From Malacoraja senta (lineage: Eukaryota), in the NCBI GenBank assembly GCA_038087875.1, contig CM075992.1, positions 7,566,001-7,630,000 on the forward strand: a stretch of 64,000 nt of DNA, in the 5' to 3' direction. Shown here piece by piece: positions 1 to 12,000 of this stretch. A program made the translations under genes and the position numbers. Below the pieces are notes generated by a model. It did no database searches and was not told where the DNA came from. It saw nothing but the letters and a program-made list of their open reading frames with translations. Positions within the stretch are counted from its first letter, which is position 1. Each line of letters begins with the position of its first letter.

Positions 1-21
1 GCTCTCGTTATAATTCTTCAG

Positions 22-77
22 CTGTGGATAATGGGTGTGCTGCCTATGTACTGAGGACTGGCTTTAACACGTCTCAG
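22..77 (+). CDS. ATP13A1: ATP13A1 coding exon (first in window; gene starts upstream)
   Basis: ttcttcag|CT GTG GAT...TCT CAG|gtgagt; encodes VDNGCAAYVLRTGFNTSQ, matching the recalled human ATP13A1 VDSGCVAYVLRTGFNTSQ. Confidence 0.93.
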
Positions 78-751
78 GTGAGTAGATTGAAATCTGTTTC
101 AACACTATCAGTGTCGAGATAAGCTGTATGTTATTATTCAGGATCATGATAGGCAATTAATGAGGCAAACCTCCATTTCACTGATGTTGAAATGGTTAAC
201 CCTGGATTAATGTGACCATGGGTGTCTCTACCCCTGAGAATTGTGATCAGGAGTCTTGGATTATTTCCAATCAAGACTCAAATACAAATCTGCCTGACAC
301 ATGGCATATTTTTAAAGTAGGGATTAAATTCGGTGGAAGGACATTAGAGTTTGCTGGTATTTGAGAATACAAATCTTTTATGGTAAGGGGTGAGAGATTT
401 AGAGGGATCTGGTGGGCCTATCTCCGCCCCCCCCCTCCCCCCCCCCCCCCGGCCCAAAGTGTGAGCACGTGGCGTGCGCTATTGGAGAGACTGGTGGAAG
501 CTGTATGAATTATCAAGATAGTCACTTGAACTGTCTTACTGAAAGACTGTGGGGTGAGTGATGGAAGATGGAATTAAAACACATGGGATTGTGACAGACC
601 AGAATGAGTCCACCACTCTCTGCAGCCCCTTGCATTCCTATACATTGCAATTGCCGTACTAGGTCATGATGTAAACAGTTCTGGAGTAAGAAAACGGTCC
701 CTTGCCTTCCCACCCCAGTCCCAACCTGCACTTGGGAAATCTTGTTAGTGT

Positions 752-1124
752 ATAAAACATATAAAAGAACTGGACAAGCTAGATGCAGGAAAAATGTTCC
801 CAATGTTGGGCGAGTCCAGAACCAGGGTCCACAGTCTTAGACTAAAGGGGAGGCCATTTAAGACTGAGGTGAGAAAAAACTTTTTAACCCAGAGAGTTGT
901 GAATTTGTGGAATTCCCTGCCACAGAGGGCAGTGGAGGCCAAATCACTGGATGGATTTAAGAGAGAGTTGGATAGAGCTCTAGGGGCTAGTGGAATCAAG
1001 GGACTTGGGGAGAAGGCAGGCACGGGTTATTGATTGGGGACGATCAGCCATGATCACAATGAATGGCGGTGCTGGCTCGAAGGGCCGAATGGCCTCCTGC
1101 ACCTGTTTTCTATGTTTTCTATGT
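752..1124 (+). mobile_element. CR1/HER1-type LINE 3' fragment
   Basis: RTRxHSLRL..RKNFxTQRVVNLWNSLP C-terminus and a (TTTCTATG)-like tail. Related fragments near 4963-5190(-), 9888-10097(-), 10731-11045(-), 12435-12730(+), 15446-15865(-), 19107-19435(-), 25395-25815(-), 28115-28390(+), 32435-32780(-), 38398-38920(-), 48945-49260(-), 58642-58990(+). Confidence 0.88.
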
Positions 1125-1349
1125 AAGACATTATGTAGATAGAAGTGCCAAAGCATGAATGGCATTGCATTTTTTGCCTTGTCCTGAATCTTTTTTATGT
1201 ATGTAGACTTTTCTAATTCTCTTTTTTTGCTTGTCCTTTTCTCTGTGTGGGATTGGTAGAATGCCAGTTTCTTTAATTGCATAATTATGTTATAATGGCC
1301 AAGAACAAAACAGAAAATAGGATGCAGTTATATTACCATTGCAAACTGA

Positions 1350-1568
<219 letters not shown>

Positions 1569-1951
1569 TAACACTCGTGCCTGGAGGAAGATAACCTGAT
1601 CAAGTTTCATGTTCAAGTTTCTATATTTGATATGGCTTGTCCTTCTTTTGGGTGGGACTAGGGAGCATAGCTTCCCTATTTGGGCTAAGGATTGATGAAA
1701 AAAGGGGAGAAGTTTCCTATCTCCCTCGTTTACAACCCAATGGTGTGAATATTGAATTCTCCAAATTTCTCCTCTAATAACCCCCCCTCACTTGGACTCA
1801 CACCTATTCTTCCCTTCCACCTTCATTCCTTCCTCTGGCTTCAAAATTAGCAAATCTTCAATCCTTTTGTCAAGCACCTTTTTTGATCTCCGGCCTCTGT
1901 CCAACTATCTGCTTATCAAAACCTCCCTCACCTGCCAATGTTTGTCCTGCC

Positions 1952-4170
1952 CTTTATTTATTTTATTTTTTTATTTAAATTTTTATTAGAGTTATCTGCA
2001 TATCATAGTCCAAACCAATACAAACTTTGTTTAACGATTACATATTAAATATCCAGGGTTCCGGGGATCCAGTTACCAAAGTAGCTGGGGTCCTCCTTTA
2101 TCGGTTACATATTAACATTACCTCTAATTATTTATTTATGTTTATAGATAAGAAAAATAAAGAATTAAAGAGAAGAAATTAGAAAAATAAGATAAACTAT
2201 CAATAATACAACTTAGGAGATAGGTCCGTAGGTCAGAAAACATAACTATTCATCTAGTCCTGGGTTCGGGTTTCAGTCAGGCCTCCGCGCCGGCCCAGTC
2301 TACCCCTTCAAATAATCTATAAATGGAGACGATATTTTAGTAAATAATTCTGGTTTGTCAATTAAGACATATTTAATTTTTTCCAAATGTAAGGTCTCCG
2401 ACATCTCCATAATCCACATCTTAATTGCAGGACTTTTCCAAAATTTTAAAATTAATTTTTTCCCAATTATTATACTGTAATCAAGGAAATTTCTTTGGTT
2501 TGTTGTAAGTTTTAGGTATTGTTCTGATATGCCCAATTTTATTAATTTAGGATCGGGATCCAGTTGAGTATTAACAACTACAGAGATTATTTTAAAAATA
2601 TCCATCCAGTAATTTTTAATTTTTATACAATTTACAAAAGTATGGGTTAAATTAGCCGCCGAGCATTGGCATTTATCACAAATAGGAAAGATATTAGGAA
2701 AGATTCTATTTAATTTTGTTTTAAAATAATGCAGTCTATGTAGTAATTTAAATTGTATTAAAGAATGTCTGGTATTTAATGAGCATTGATGTATATGTTG
2801 TAGACTTTCGTCCCAAATATCTTTTGTTATGGGTTGGGCTAATTCCTTTTCCCATGCTAGTCTATATAATTCCGTCGACGGAATCTCACTGTCTAAAAGA
2901 GTATTATAAATGTAAGATATTAATTTAACTGTGTTAGGGTGTTTATTCAAACATTCATCTAGAATCTCTGGTTCTCTAGTTCTGTATTCTTGTGTATGTG
3001 ATTTAACATAATCTTTAAGTTGTAAGTATCTAAAAAAATTATTTGAATATAATCCATAATTCTGTTGTAGCTCCTGAAACGAGAGAAAAATACCATTTCA
3101 ATAAAGATGTCCCATCTTTTTAGTTCCATGATTTTTCCATTGTACAAAACCTTTATCTAACACTAAGGGTTTAAATGAAGGATTATTTGCAATTGGGAGA
3201 GAAAGTGATAAATTATCCAATTTTAATGTATTTTTTAGTTGTTTCCAAATTCGAATACCACTATATATTGTAGGGTTTTCACTATAGATTTTTTTAATTC
3301 AATTTTGTAGGAGCTAACAGGATCGGACCAATTTCAAAAGGCAAACAATCTTCCTTTTCCATCTTTAACCAGTCTGGTTGTTGATCCATATCTTCCAACC
3401 AAAAATTCATATTTTTGACATTAACTGCCCAAAAATAAAATAAAAAATTTGGTAAAACTAATCCTCCTTATTCTGTGGTTCTTATAATCCCAAATAAAAC
3501 TTGTCACTATAGAGTCAACTTTTTAAAAGAATTTTTTGGGGAGAAATATCGGAATTGATTGGAAAAAGGTATAACAATTGCGGAAGGAAAATCATTTTTA
3601 TAGCATTAACTCTACCGAGCATTGAAATGAGAAGTGTTTTCCAGTATTGGATATTCTTATGCAATTTATTAAGTAAAGGCATGAAATTTGATTTAAATAA
3701 AGAAGTATATTTCTTTGTCACATAAATTCCAAGGTATTTAAATTTTTCATTGACTATTCTAAAAGGTGAGTGTTGCAATATATATGAATTAGGTTCCGTT
3801 ATTGGCATAATCCCACTTTTATTCCAATTAATTCTATATCCTGAAAATAAACCAAATTGAGTTATAAGATTTAACAAGTTTGGGATGCTGATTTCTGGAT
3901 TTGTAATATATAATAATACATCATCTGCATATAGAGAGATTTTATTAACTGTATTTTTAGTATTATACCCATATATTTCTGGATGTGCTCTAACTCTTTC
4001 TGCTAGTGGTTCAATAGCAAGGGCAAATAATAACGGGGATAACGGGCATCCTTGTCTGCAACCTTTAGATAAATCAAATTTTGTTGATAACATTTGATTT
4101 GTCATTATTCTAGCTGTTGGGTTAGTGTATAAGAGCTTAACCCATGGCAAAACTTCTCACCCAATTGAAA
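1952..4170 (-). mobile_element. 5'-truncated, frameshifted L1-clade LINE (ORF2 RT and C-terminus, 3' UTR, A-rich tail)
   Basis: ORFs 3515-4150 (GCRQGCPLSPLLF, LYADD, KYLG) and 2300-2950 (Cys-rich C-terminus CDKC..HTFVNC); AATAAA and A-rich tail near 1955-1990. Confidence 0.9.
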
Positions 4171-5922
4171 TTGGGTGAGAAAAGTTGCGTGGAAAAAAGA
4201 AACATTTTACCATAAGGAAAAAATATTGTGCCTTTTTTTAAACTTGGAACTAGTCCTACAAAATTATGTTGATCCAAATGTAAATGTATATTCGCAACAT
4301 GAGTTAAAATTGAGAATGTTTATTACTTGTTTATCTCTCAAATCAAAAAAATCTGGATGCATATTTGTATTCAGTAAGGCAATTAAAAATTCTTTAAAAA
4401 AAACTTTTGCTGGTACACCAGTTCGTATCAAAATGTGCGATCTGGCAGTTGTGCTTCAAAGAATAGTTCCTTTTGAATATAAATTATTTGTTTTCAAGCG
4501 ACTATTCCTTTGAGATCTTAGTGATAAGTGGAGATATTATCGAGCCATTAGTTTACTGTGAATGTGTTCCATTCAGTGGCTATTCGCGAGTGTAACTTAC
4601 TAATGTACTTTCCCGTGCATTTTAATTACAATTACTTTTCTCCTTTTTTGCTCAAATGGATAAGAACACACTTAAATCCTAATCTATCATTAACTTTTGA
4701 TGACTTTCAAAAGCTTTTGGGCCGATTATAGAGATAGGAAGGATTTGGAGGACTGTGGGCCAAATGCTGGTAAATGGGACTAACCCAATATGCCAACTTG
4801 GTCGGCATGGACAAGGTGAGTCAAAGGACCTGCTTCCATGCTGTATAGAAGATAGACACAATATGCTGGAGTAACAGGCAATATCTCTGGAGAGGAATCG
4901 ATGTCGAGACCCTTCTTCAGACCTTCCTTCCTACACATTCCATGCTGTATAGCTCTGACTATAGATACATAGAAAATAGGTGCAGGAGTAGGCCATTTGG
5001 CCCTTCGAGCCTGCACCGCCATTCAATATGATCATGGCTGATCATCCAACTCAGTATCCCGTACCTGCCTTCTCTCCATACCCCCTGATCCCCTTAGCCA
5101 CAAGGGCCACATCTAACTCCCTCTTAAATATAGCCAATGAACTGGCCTCAACTACCCTCTGTGGCAGAGAGTTCCAGAGATTCACCACTCTATAGCTGTC
5201 TGCTTGGTGTAGTTATAATTGTCAGTGAAAAGTTTTAACGCAAGGGTATATAAAACAGTTTTAGTATTGTTACCACTCCCCATATCTCCATGAATTTTGT
5301 AAGCCGTGCAATCATTACAGGCTACCTATCCATCTGGATTATTTTTATTAATTGGCGACAAGTGTACTGTTTCAGTACACTAATTACTGCATTGTGCAGT
5401 TTCAACACATGCTAATGCACTTTGAGAGTTAGAAGCTAATTAGTCAATATCCTCTCCCTCGGCTATTGACAGCAGTAATGCTGAAGAGTAATTTCTTGGT
5501 TTAAAAATAAAAAAAAGCAACCCTTCTGTGTGATATGAATGTGCATTGTAGAATCTGTTTCAAATATAGATGTTTGTAAGCTTGAAGGTGCATTTGGTCC
5601 AAAGCAACTAATCCTCATCCAATGAACCTGATGGGAGGAAAGAAGAAAATCTGAAATAATAACCTGAATTCAGTGTTATATTTTCTGGGTAATGTTTTGT
5701 TCATCCTCTCATCGAGTTCATTAGTGTGTCCATCATATTTTTTTCTTTAAGCAATATCCACCATTACCTTTACTAGTGTTACCTGAAGAATCTTTAGAGC
5801 TGTATCTCGATCATGGTCTGAGATCCAGATATTGGGAGCCATTGACAACCTTTTAGCCATTTCAAAGAGCTAAGTTTATTGTAGTTGCTGCTTGTCAAGA
5901 CCTTTTCTTGTTTTGCTTACAG

Positions 5923-6060
5923 GTACAAAGGACCCAAACAGAAACCGTTACAAGCTGTTTTTGGAGTGTACGCTAATCCTAACATCTGTTGTTCCACCTG
6001 AGCTCCCAATTGAATTATCACTGGCTGTCAACACTTCACTTATTGCCTTAGCTAAACTCC
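5923..6060 (+). CDS. ATP13A1: ATP13A1 exon (TM4, P5A PPELP motif)
   Basis: ttacag|GT ACA...CTC C|gtaagt; [45 protein letters not shown]. Confidence 0.97.
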
Positions 6061-9000
6061 GTAAGTACTTTGTGAAGCTGAAGGGCACAATCAGAGTTCA
6101 AACTATGTCATTATTGGAGGGTGAAGTTGCAAGGGTAGTTATTAAATGGGAGAAAAGTGGGCTTTTGTTGTAAGAAGGTTGTCATTATTGAAAATATACC
6201 CAGGAGCAGGAATCGACCATTGTTGACTGGCAGTTGAATCTGCAGCCTTCTCAGTGGGAATGTAACTAACCATCACCATTGAGGTATAAGCTAAATCATC
6301 GCCACGTGGTCAAAGTCCTGAAGTGCATCTGACAGCAGGAAAATACAGATAATAGACTATGAACATAATGCCAGTGGAGAGAGACACAAAGTGCTGGAGT
6401 AACTCAGTAGGTCAAGGCAGCATCTGTGAAGAAAAAGGATGGGTGATGTTTCGGATCAGAACCCTTCTTCAGACTTCTGGTCTGAAGTATGGAATTCTTC
6501 AGACCAGAAGACTGGAAAAGGTTTCCGACCTGGAATGTCACCTATCCTTTTTCTCGAGCGATGCTGCTTGTCCTGATTTTCTTAAGCACCTTGTCCATCT
6601 TCAGTGTATACAAACATCTGCAGTTCCTTTCTATACGTGCTAATGGGAAGTAGTGGCTGGCTGACGGATGAGTATTTTTCTTGGGCTATAACTTAAAGTT
6701 CAAGTTACCTAATTAGTTGAATCGCCTAGAATATTGTGGGGTAGCTTTTTAGCGAAAAACTAGAAGTAAATTGTTTGCGCTTATTGATTATTATTAAATG
6801 TGATTTCTTAAATGTGAGTAAATGGGTCAAGATATTAACAAAGATAGACACAAAGTGCTGGAGTAAATCAGCGTGTCAGGCAGCGTTTCTGGAGAAAAAG
6901 GATGGGTAACAATTCAGGTCGGGATCCTTCAGACTCGTTTGAATAAGGGTCCTGACCTGAAACATCACCCGTCATTTTTCCCCAGAGATTCTGCCTGAGC
7001 TGAGTTACTCCAGCACTTTGTCTCTATCATTGGTATAAATAAACCAGCATCCGCAGTTCTTTGTTTCCACAATTTATATTTAATCCGGTGGAGTGAATGT
7101 TGGATCAGGAAATTTGATAGATACAGAATCATCAGCTACTTTGGAGAAATCGAGGTGAAGTGTAAAAGGGTGGGAGATATAGGGATGTTTACTGGCACTA
7201 ACCAAGTATGCCAACTTGGTCGGCATGGACAAGGTGAGGCAAATGACCTGCACAGCCACACTAGGACAAATAGATCCAACTTCCATCTAAATCATGACAT
7301 TTCAGAGCTTTTCCCTTGGAACAAGGGAATTCCTGTAAATTGAATGCAGACGGCAAGATTGTCAGTGTGACACTGAATAGCTAAATATAGAATCTTCCTC
7401 ACGTGCGCCATGAAACCAAAAAGACCGTTTAAGAAAGAACTGCAGATGCTGGAAAAATCGGTAGACCTTTCTCCAGACCTTTGTAAATGGTTATTGGTAG
7501 GAAAATTAATTTTTAAATGACTTGTCATCCTTGTAGTATTTTACTTAATAATATTGTTGATTGGATACAAGTAATATTGATTCTGGCAATGCAAAACATT
7601 TGGGATGTTTAGAACCAAGCCAAGTCAGAAATTTGGCTCAGCATATTGAATCAGACTAAAAATATGGAAAGTCACTGTGTCCCCTATCATAAGTGAGTTA
7701 TGGGTTGTTTTGTTGGTATGTAATCAATTACCTGACCGCAATTAAATAAGATATGAATGAAGGGCACATAAAGTGCAACTAAGGCAAATTGTTGGAATCT
7801 AGTGCAGCGAGATGATTGAATGGTGCATGAGAAGACTGAATTGCTACCACGTGGAATGTACTTACTTTGCAGGCCCTCAGCCATGTGCTCTTGTGAATGT
7901 TAATAAGAGCAAATTAATAAATGTTCAAGAAAGGAGAGACAACAGTAGGCGATACATACTGGCCAACATAGGCTTAGTGAGAACCTTTAACATAGCAAGA
8001 TATAGCCATGCACTTTACAGTATTACCAGACTAAATTTAATACGTCCACCACCGATTTTCCGGCATCGTTGGTTCCAGAGCCTTTCTGGATTATCCGTTC
8101 TGGAGTCCAACAGTACTGGAATGAGGAGCTGAAGTACCAGCCTGCAAAGTCGGCTTCGGAAGTCGAAAACGGGAACGGATCTGCCGGCTCTGGCTGGGCC
8201 AGAGTTCAGAGCCCCGGCCGCCGGGGGCACATTCGACCTGCCGATCGGTGAGGAAGTCCCTATGAGGTAGAGATCAGCTGCCTCGCCCAGCCTGGGCGCT
8301 ACATTTTCAGGAGGATTTATATAATAATAATAATAAACATTCTTTATTTCGAGCAGAATAAAAAATAAGAAAGCAAGTGCGAAACAGCATACAAAAAACA
8401 AAAAAAACAAAACAAGAATATTTATAAAGTGTCATAAACAATATTTATAAATAAATGAATCGTATGTGCCCGAAAAGGAGCAGGAAGAAGCCAAAGCTTA
8501 TTAATTCTCACCCCTTATTCAACTGCTTATAATTATCTTATACAAATTTAGCAGCTATAAACACATTTCCATATGTACACCAAATTATTTACATTTATTC
8601 ACTAATCAAATATTTACAAAGCCATACAAAAAAAGAGTAACAGGAAATGGAGCAAAGTGACTGGTTTTCTATATTGGACCAGAGTTTATTTAAGAGATAC
8701 AGCACAGAACTGGGCCCATTGGCCCATCGAAACCATGCTGACCAGCGATCACCCCGTACATGAGCACTATGTTACACACCTTAGGACAATTTATCATTCT
8801 TACCGAAGCCAATTAACCTATAAACCTACACGTCTTTGGAGAGTGGAAGGAAACCTGGAGAAAACCCACGCAGGTCACGGGGAGAAGGTACCGACTCTAC
8901 AGACAGCGTCTGTAGGCAGGATCGAACACAGGTCTCTCGCGCTGTAAGGCAGCAACTCTATTGCTGTGCCATCAAGCTGTGCGATCACCAAGCCTGATAG

Positions 9001-12000
9001 ACAGGGAATTCTCCACTCTATTAGGTGGCAAAGGTGTTGCACAATTCAGCTTAGCGATGAGACATTCCGGAGAAATGGGAAAATTAGTGCTGATCCACAA
9101 ACTGGAGCTATTGTTAGTGTTCCCTGGCCTTGATTAAGACGTTGTAGGGAGTATATGCTTGCTTGTTATTCACTAATATTTTTCATGTGGATATAAATCT
9201 TGAGTTCAAACTTGACACAAGGTCTTGACTATCAGATGAGCAACCTCTCTGATGTACACATGTGGAGTCTGTGTTTAGTTAAGATTGGGTTTATGTGCAG
9301 TATCAGTGAAATATAATTCTTCAAAAGGGTTAGAGTTCCTTGCCTTGCAGTTAAATAATACACCTGTGTTATTTAACAGTTAATTGTTACTTAGTGATAA
9401 ACAGAACCTATAAATGAGTCTGTCCGCTTGATGTTTCTTTTGATGTTTTTATGTTGTGCTGTTAATAAACAGAATTCCTTGTTTGGATATGAGTCGGTTT
9501 GAGCCGAAATTCATCATTTTGACTTTAAAAAAAAAAGCATAAAATCTTACTTCAACACAATCGATTTTAAGATCTGTTAAAGACTATTTTTGTGGGAGGG
9601 GGCATGGGGATAGGCTACTGCAAGTTCTGCAAGATTCATCATCTGGATACATGCAGCCATCTATTCTTCACAGAGCTTTATTTGAGTTAGAGCTGGTAAA
9701 CTAATGTTTGGTTTTTGTAGTGGGTCTTCAGAATTGGTCCGAGGCAAGAATAGGCCAAATAGATTAGATATTCTTTCATCATGGCTAAAATTGGATCCTG
9801 ACCTCTGGTGCTTTTTGTTTAGTGTTTAATTTAGTTTATTGTCCCATGTACCGAGGTACAATGAAAAGCTTTTCGTTGCCTACTAAGCAATAGACAATAG
9901 GTGCAGGAGTAGGCCATTCGGCCCTTCGAGCCAGCGCCGCCATTCATTGTGATCATGGCTGATCATCCCCAATCAATACCCCGTTCCTGCCTTCTCCCCA
10001 TATCCCCTGACCGCTATTTTTAAGAGCCCTATCTAGCTCTCTCTTGAAAGCATCCAGAGAACCTGCCTCCACCGCCCTCTGAGACAGAGAATTCCACAGT
10101 CAGCAGTCAGCGGAAAGACTATACATGCTTACAATCAAGCCGACCAATTGCACTGATACCTGAAAAGGGAATAGCGTTCAGTGCAAGATAAAGGCCTGTA
10201 AAGTTCGATTGAAGATAGTCCGAGGGTATTCAATGAGGTAGATGGGCAGCTTTCTAGATTTTGCTAGCATGGTTCAGTTGCCTGATAACAGTTGTGAAGA
10301 AACTGTCTCTCAATCTGGAGGTATACGTTTTCCCACTTTTGTGTGGAGTTTGCATGTTCTCCCTGTGACCATGTGAGCTTACCCCAGATACTCTGATTTC
10401 CTTCCATGGCCCAAGGATATGCAACCCCTAATGTGGATGGTAGGAGAACTGGGATAGAGTTGAGAGGCAATACGTTTTTGTAATCATGTATAGTCTTTTC
10501 ACTGTCTGGATAGCAGGCAAAAAACTTTTCACTGTACCTCTGTACATGTGAGAATAATAATAAAACTAGTGAAATGGAGTGAGGGGTGGAATGGGATGAT
10601 TGGTAATGCTCTGGAGAGCTTGCATAGACTGGCCTGAATGACCTATGTTACAAGAACTGAAGAAATATGAGAACTATCCTGTTTCGTAAAATTATTAGAG
10701 AATGCATCTACTCTACAATCTATATAGCAGCATAGATACATAGACAATAGGTGCAGGAGTAGGCCATTCGGGCCATTCATTATGATCATGGCTGATCATC
10801 CACAATCAGTACCCCGTTCCTGCCTTCTCTCCATACCCCCTTGATTCCGCTAGCCCTATCTAACTCTCTTGAATGCATCCAGTGAATCGGCCTCCACTGC
10901 CTTCTGAGACAGAGAATTCCCCAAATTCATAACTCTCTGGCTGAAAACGTTTTTCCTCATCTCAGTTCTAAATGGGCTGCCCCTTATTCTTAAACTGTGG
11001 CCCCTGGTTCTGGGCTTCCCCCAACATCGGGAATATGTTTCCTGCAACATTTCCTGCGTATCCTGCATTTCCTGAATATGTTTCCTGCAGGTTTGGGTCA
11101 TCCAGTCCCTTGAAACTCCTCTATTCAATGACATCTTGCTTACCTGTGACCATCTTAATTTTATCAACGATCATCTATTTTTTCCATCTACTTTCCATGA
11201 AAGGACACAAAGTGCTGGAGTACCTCAGTGGGTCGGGTAGCATCTCTGGAGAGCATGGATAGGTGATGTTTTGGGTCGGGTCTAAAGAAGGGTCCCGACC
11301 CGAAACGTCACCTATCCATGTTACTCCAGCACTGTGTCCTTTAGTGTAAACCCGCATCTACAGTTCCTTGTTTCTACGCTCCATAACATGTTACCTACCA
11401 CTGTCATTCACAATATTGTTGTTCGGCCTCTTTCCTGCTGGTTAGGTAGATAACTGCTGCTGATCCTTGTGGGGCAACATTAATCTTGTTCTTGTGTAGG
11501 AAGGAACTGCAGATGCTGGTTTAAACCGAAGATGGACACAGAATGCTGGAGTAATTCAGTGGGACAGGCAGCTTCTCTGGAGAGAAGGCATGGGTGGCGT
11601 TTCGGGTCGAGACTGTCAGTCTGAATAAGGGTCTCGACCCGTAACATCACCCATTCCCTCTCTAGAGATGCTGCTTGTCCTGCTGAGTTACTCCAGCATT
11701 TCATGTCTATTAACCTTGTTCATCACTGGTTCATTATTTTTCCTGCCTCTTTCCAATTTCTTAAGTGAATCAATTATTTCCACTGTATGCTTTATCTTGG
11801 CAAACATTTGCATGCATTATTAAAGTCCATATAATTAATAGCCATGAACAGTCCTCTATGCAACACATCACCGTTCAAGAAATTCATTCGGGGTTATCGG
11901 GCATGCCCTACTTCAGTCGGAAGGGATGTCCTTGGGAAAGTTGGTCATTGAGTTGTGCCACTGTCAAATTGTGCCACTGTCAAACAAGATAACTCCATCT

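Noticed and set aside
4175..4513. 112-aa ORF next to the L1, possibly an inverted L1 segment
   Set aside because: No L1 motifs recognisable beyond the short fold-back; AT-rich chance ORF.
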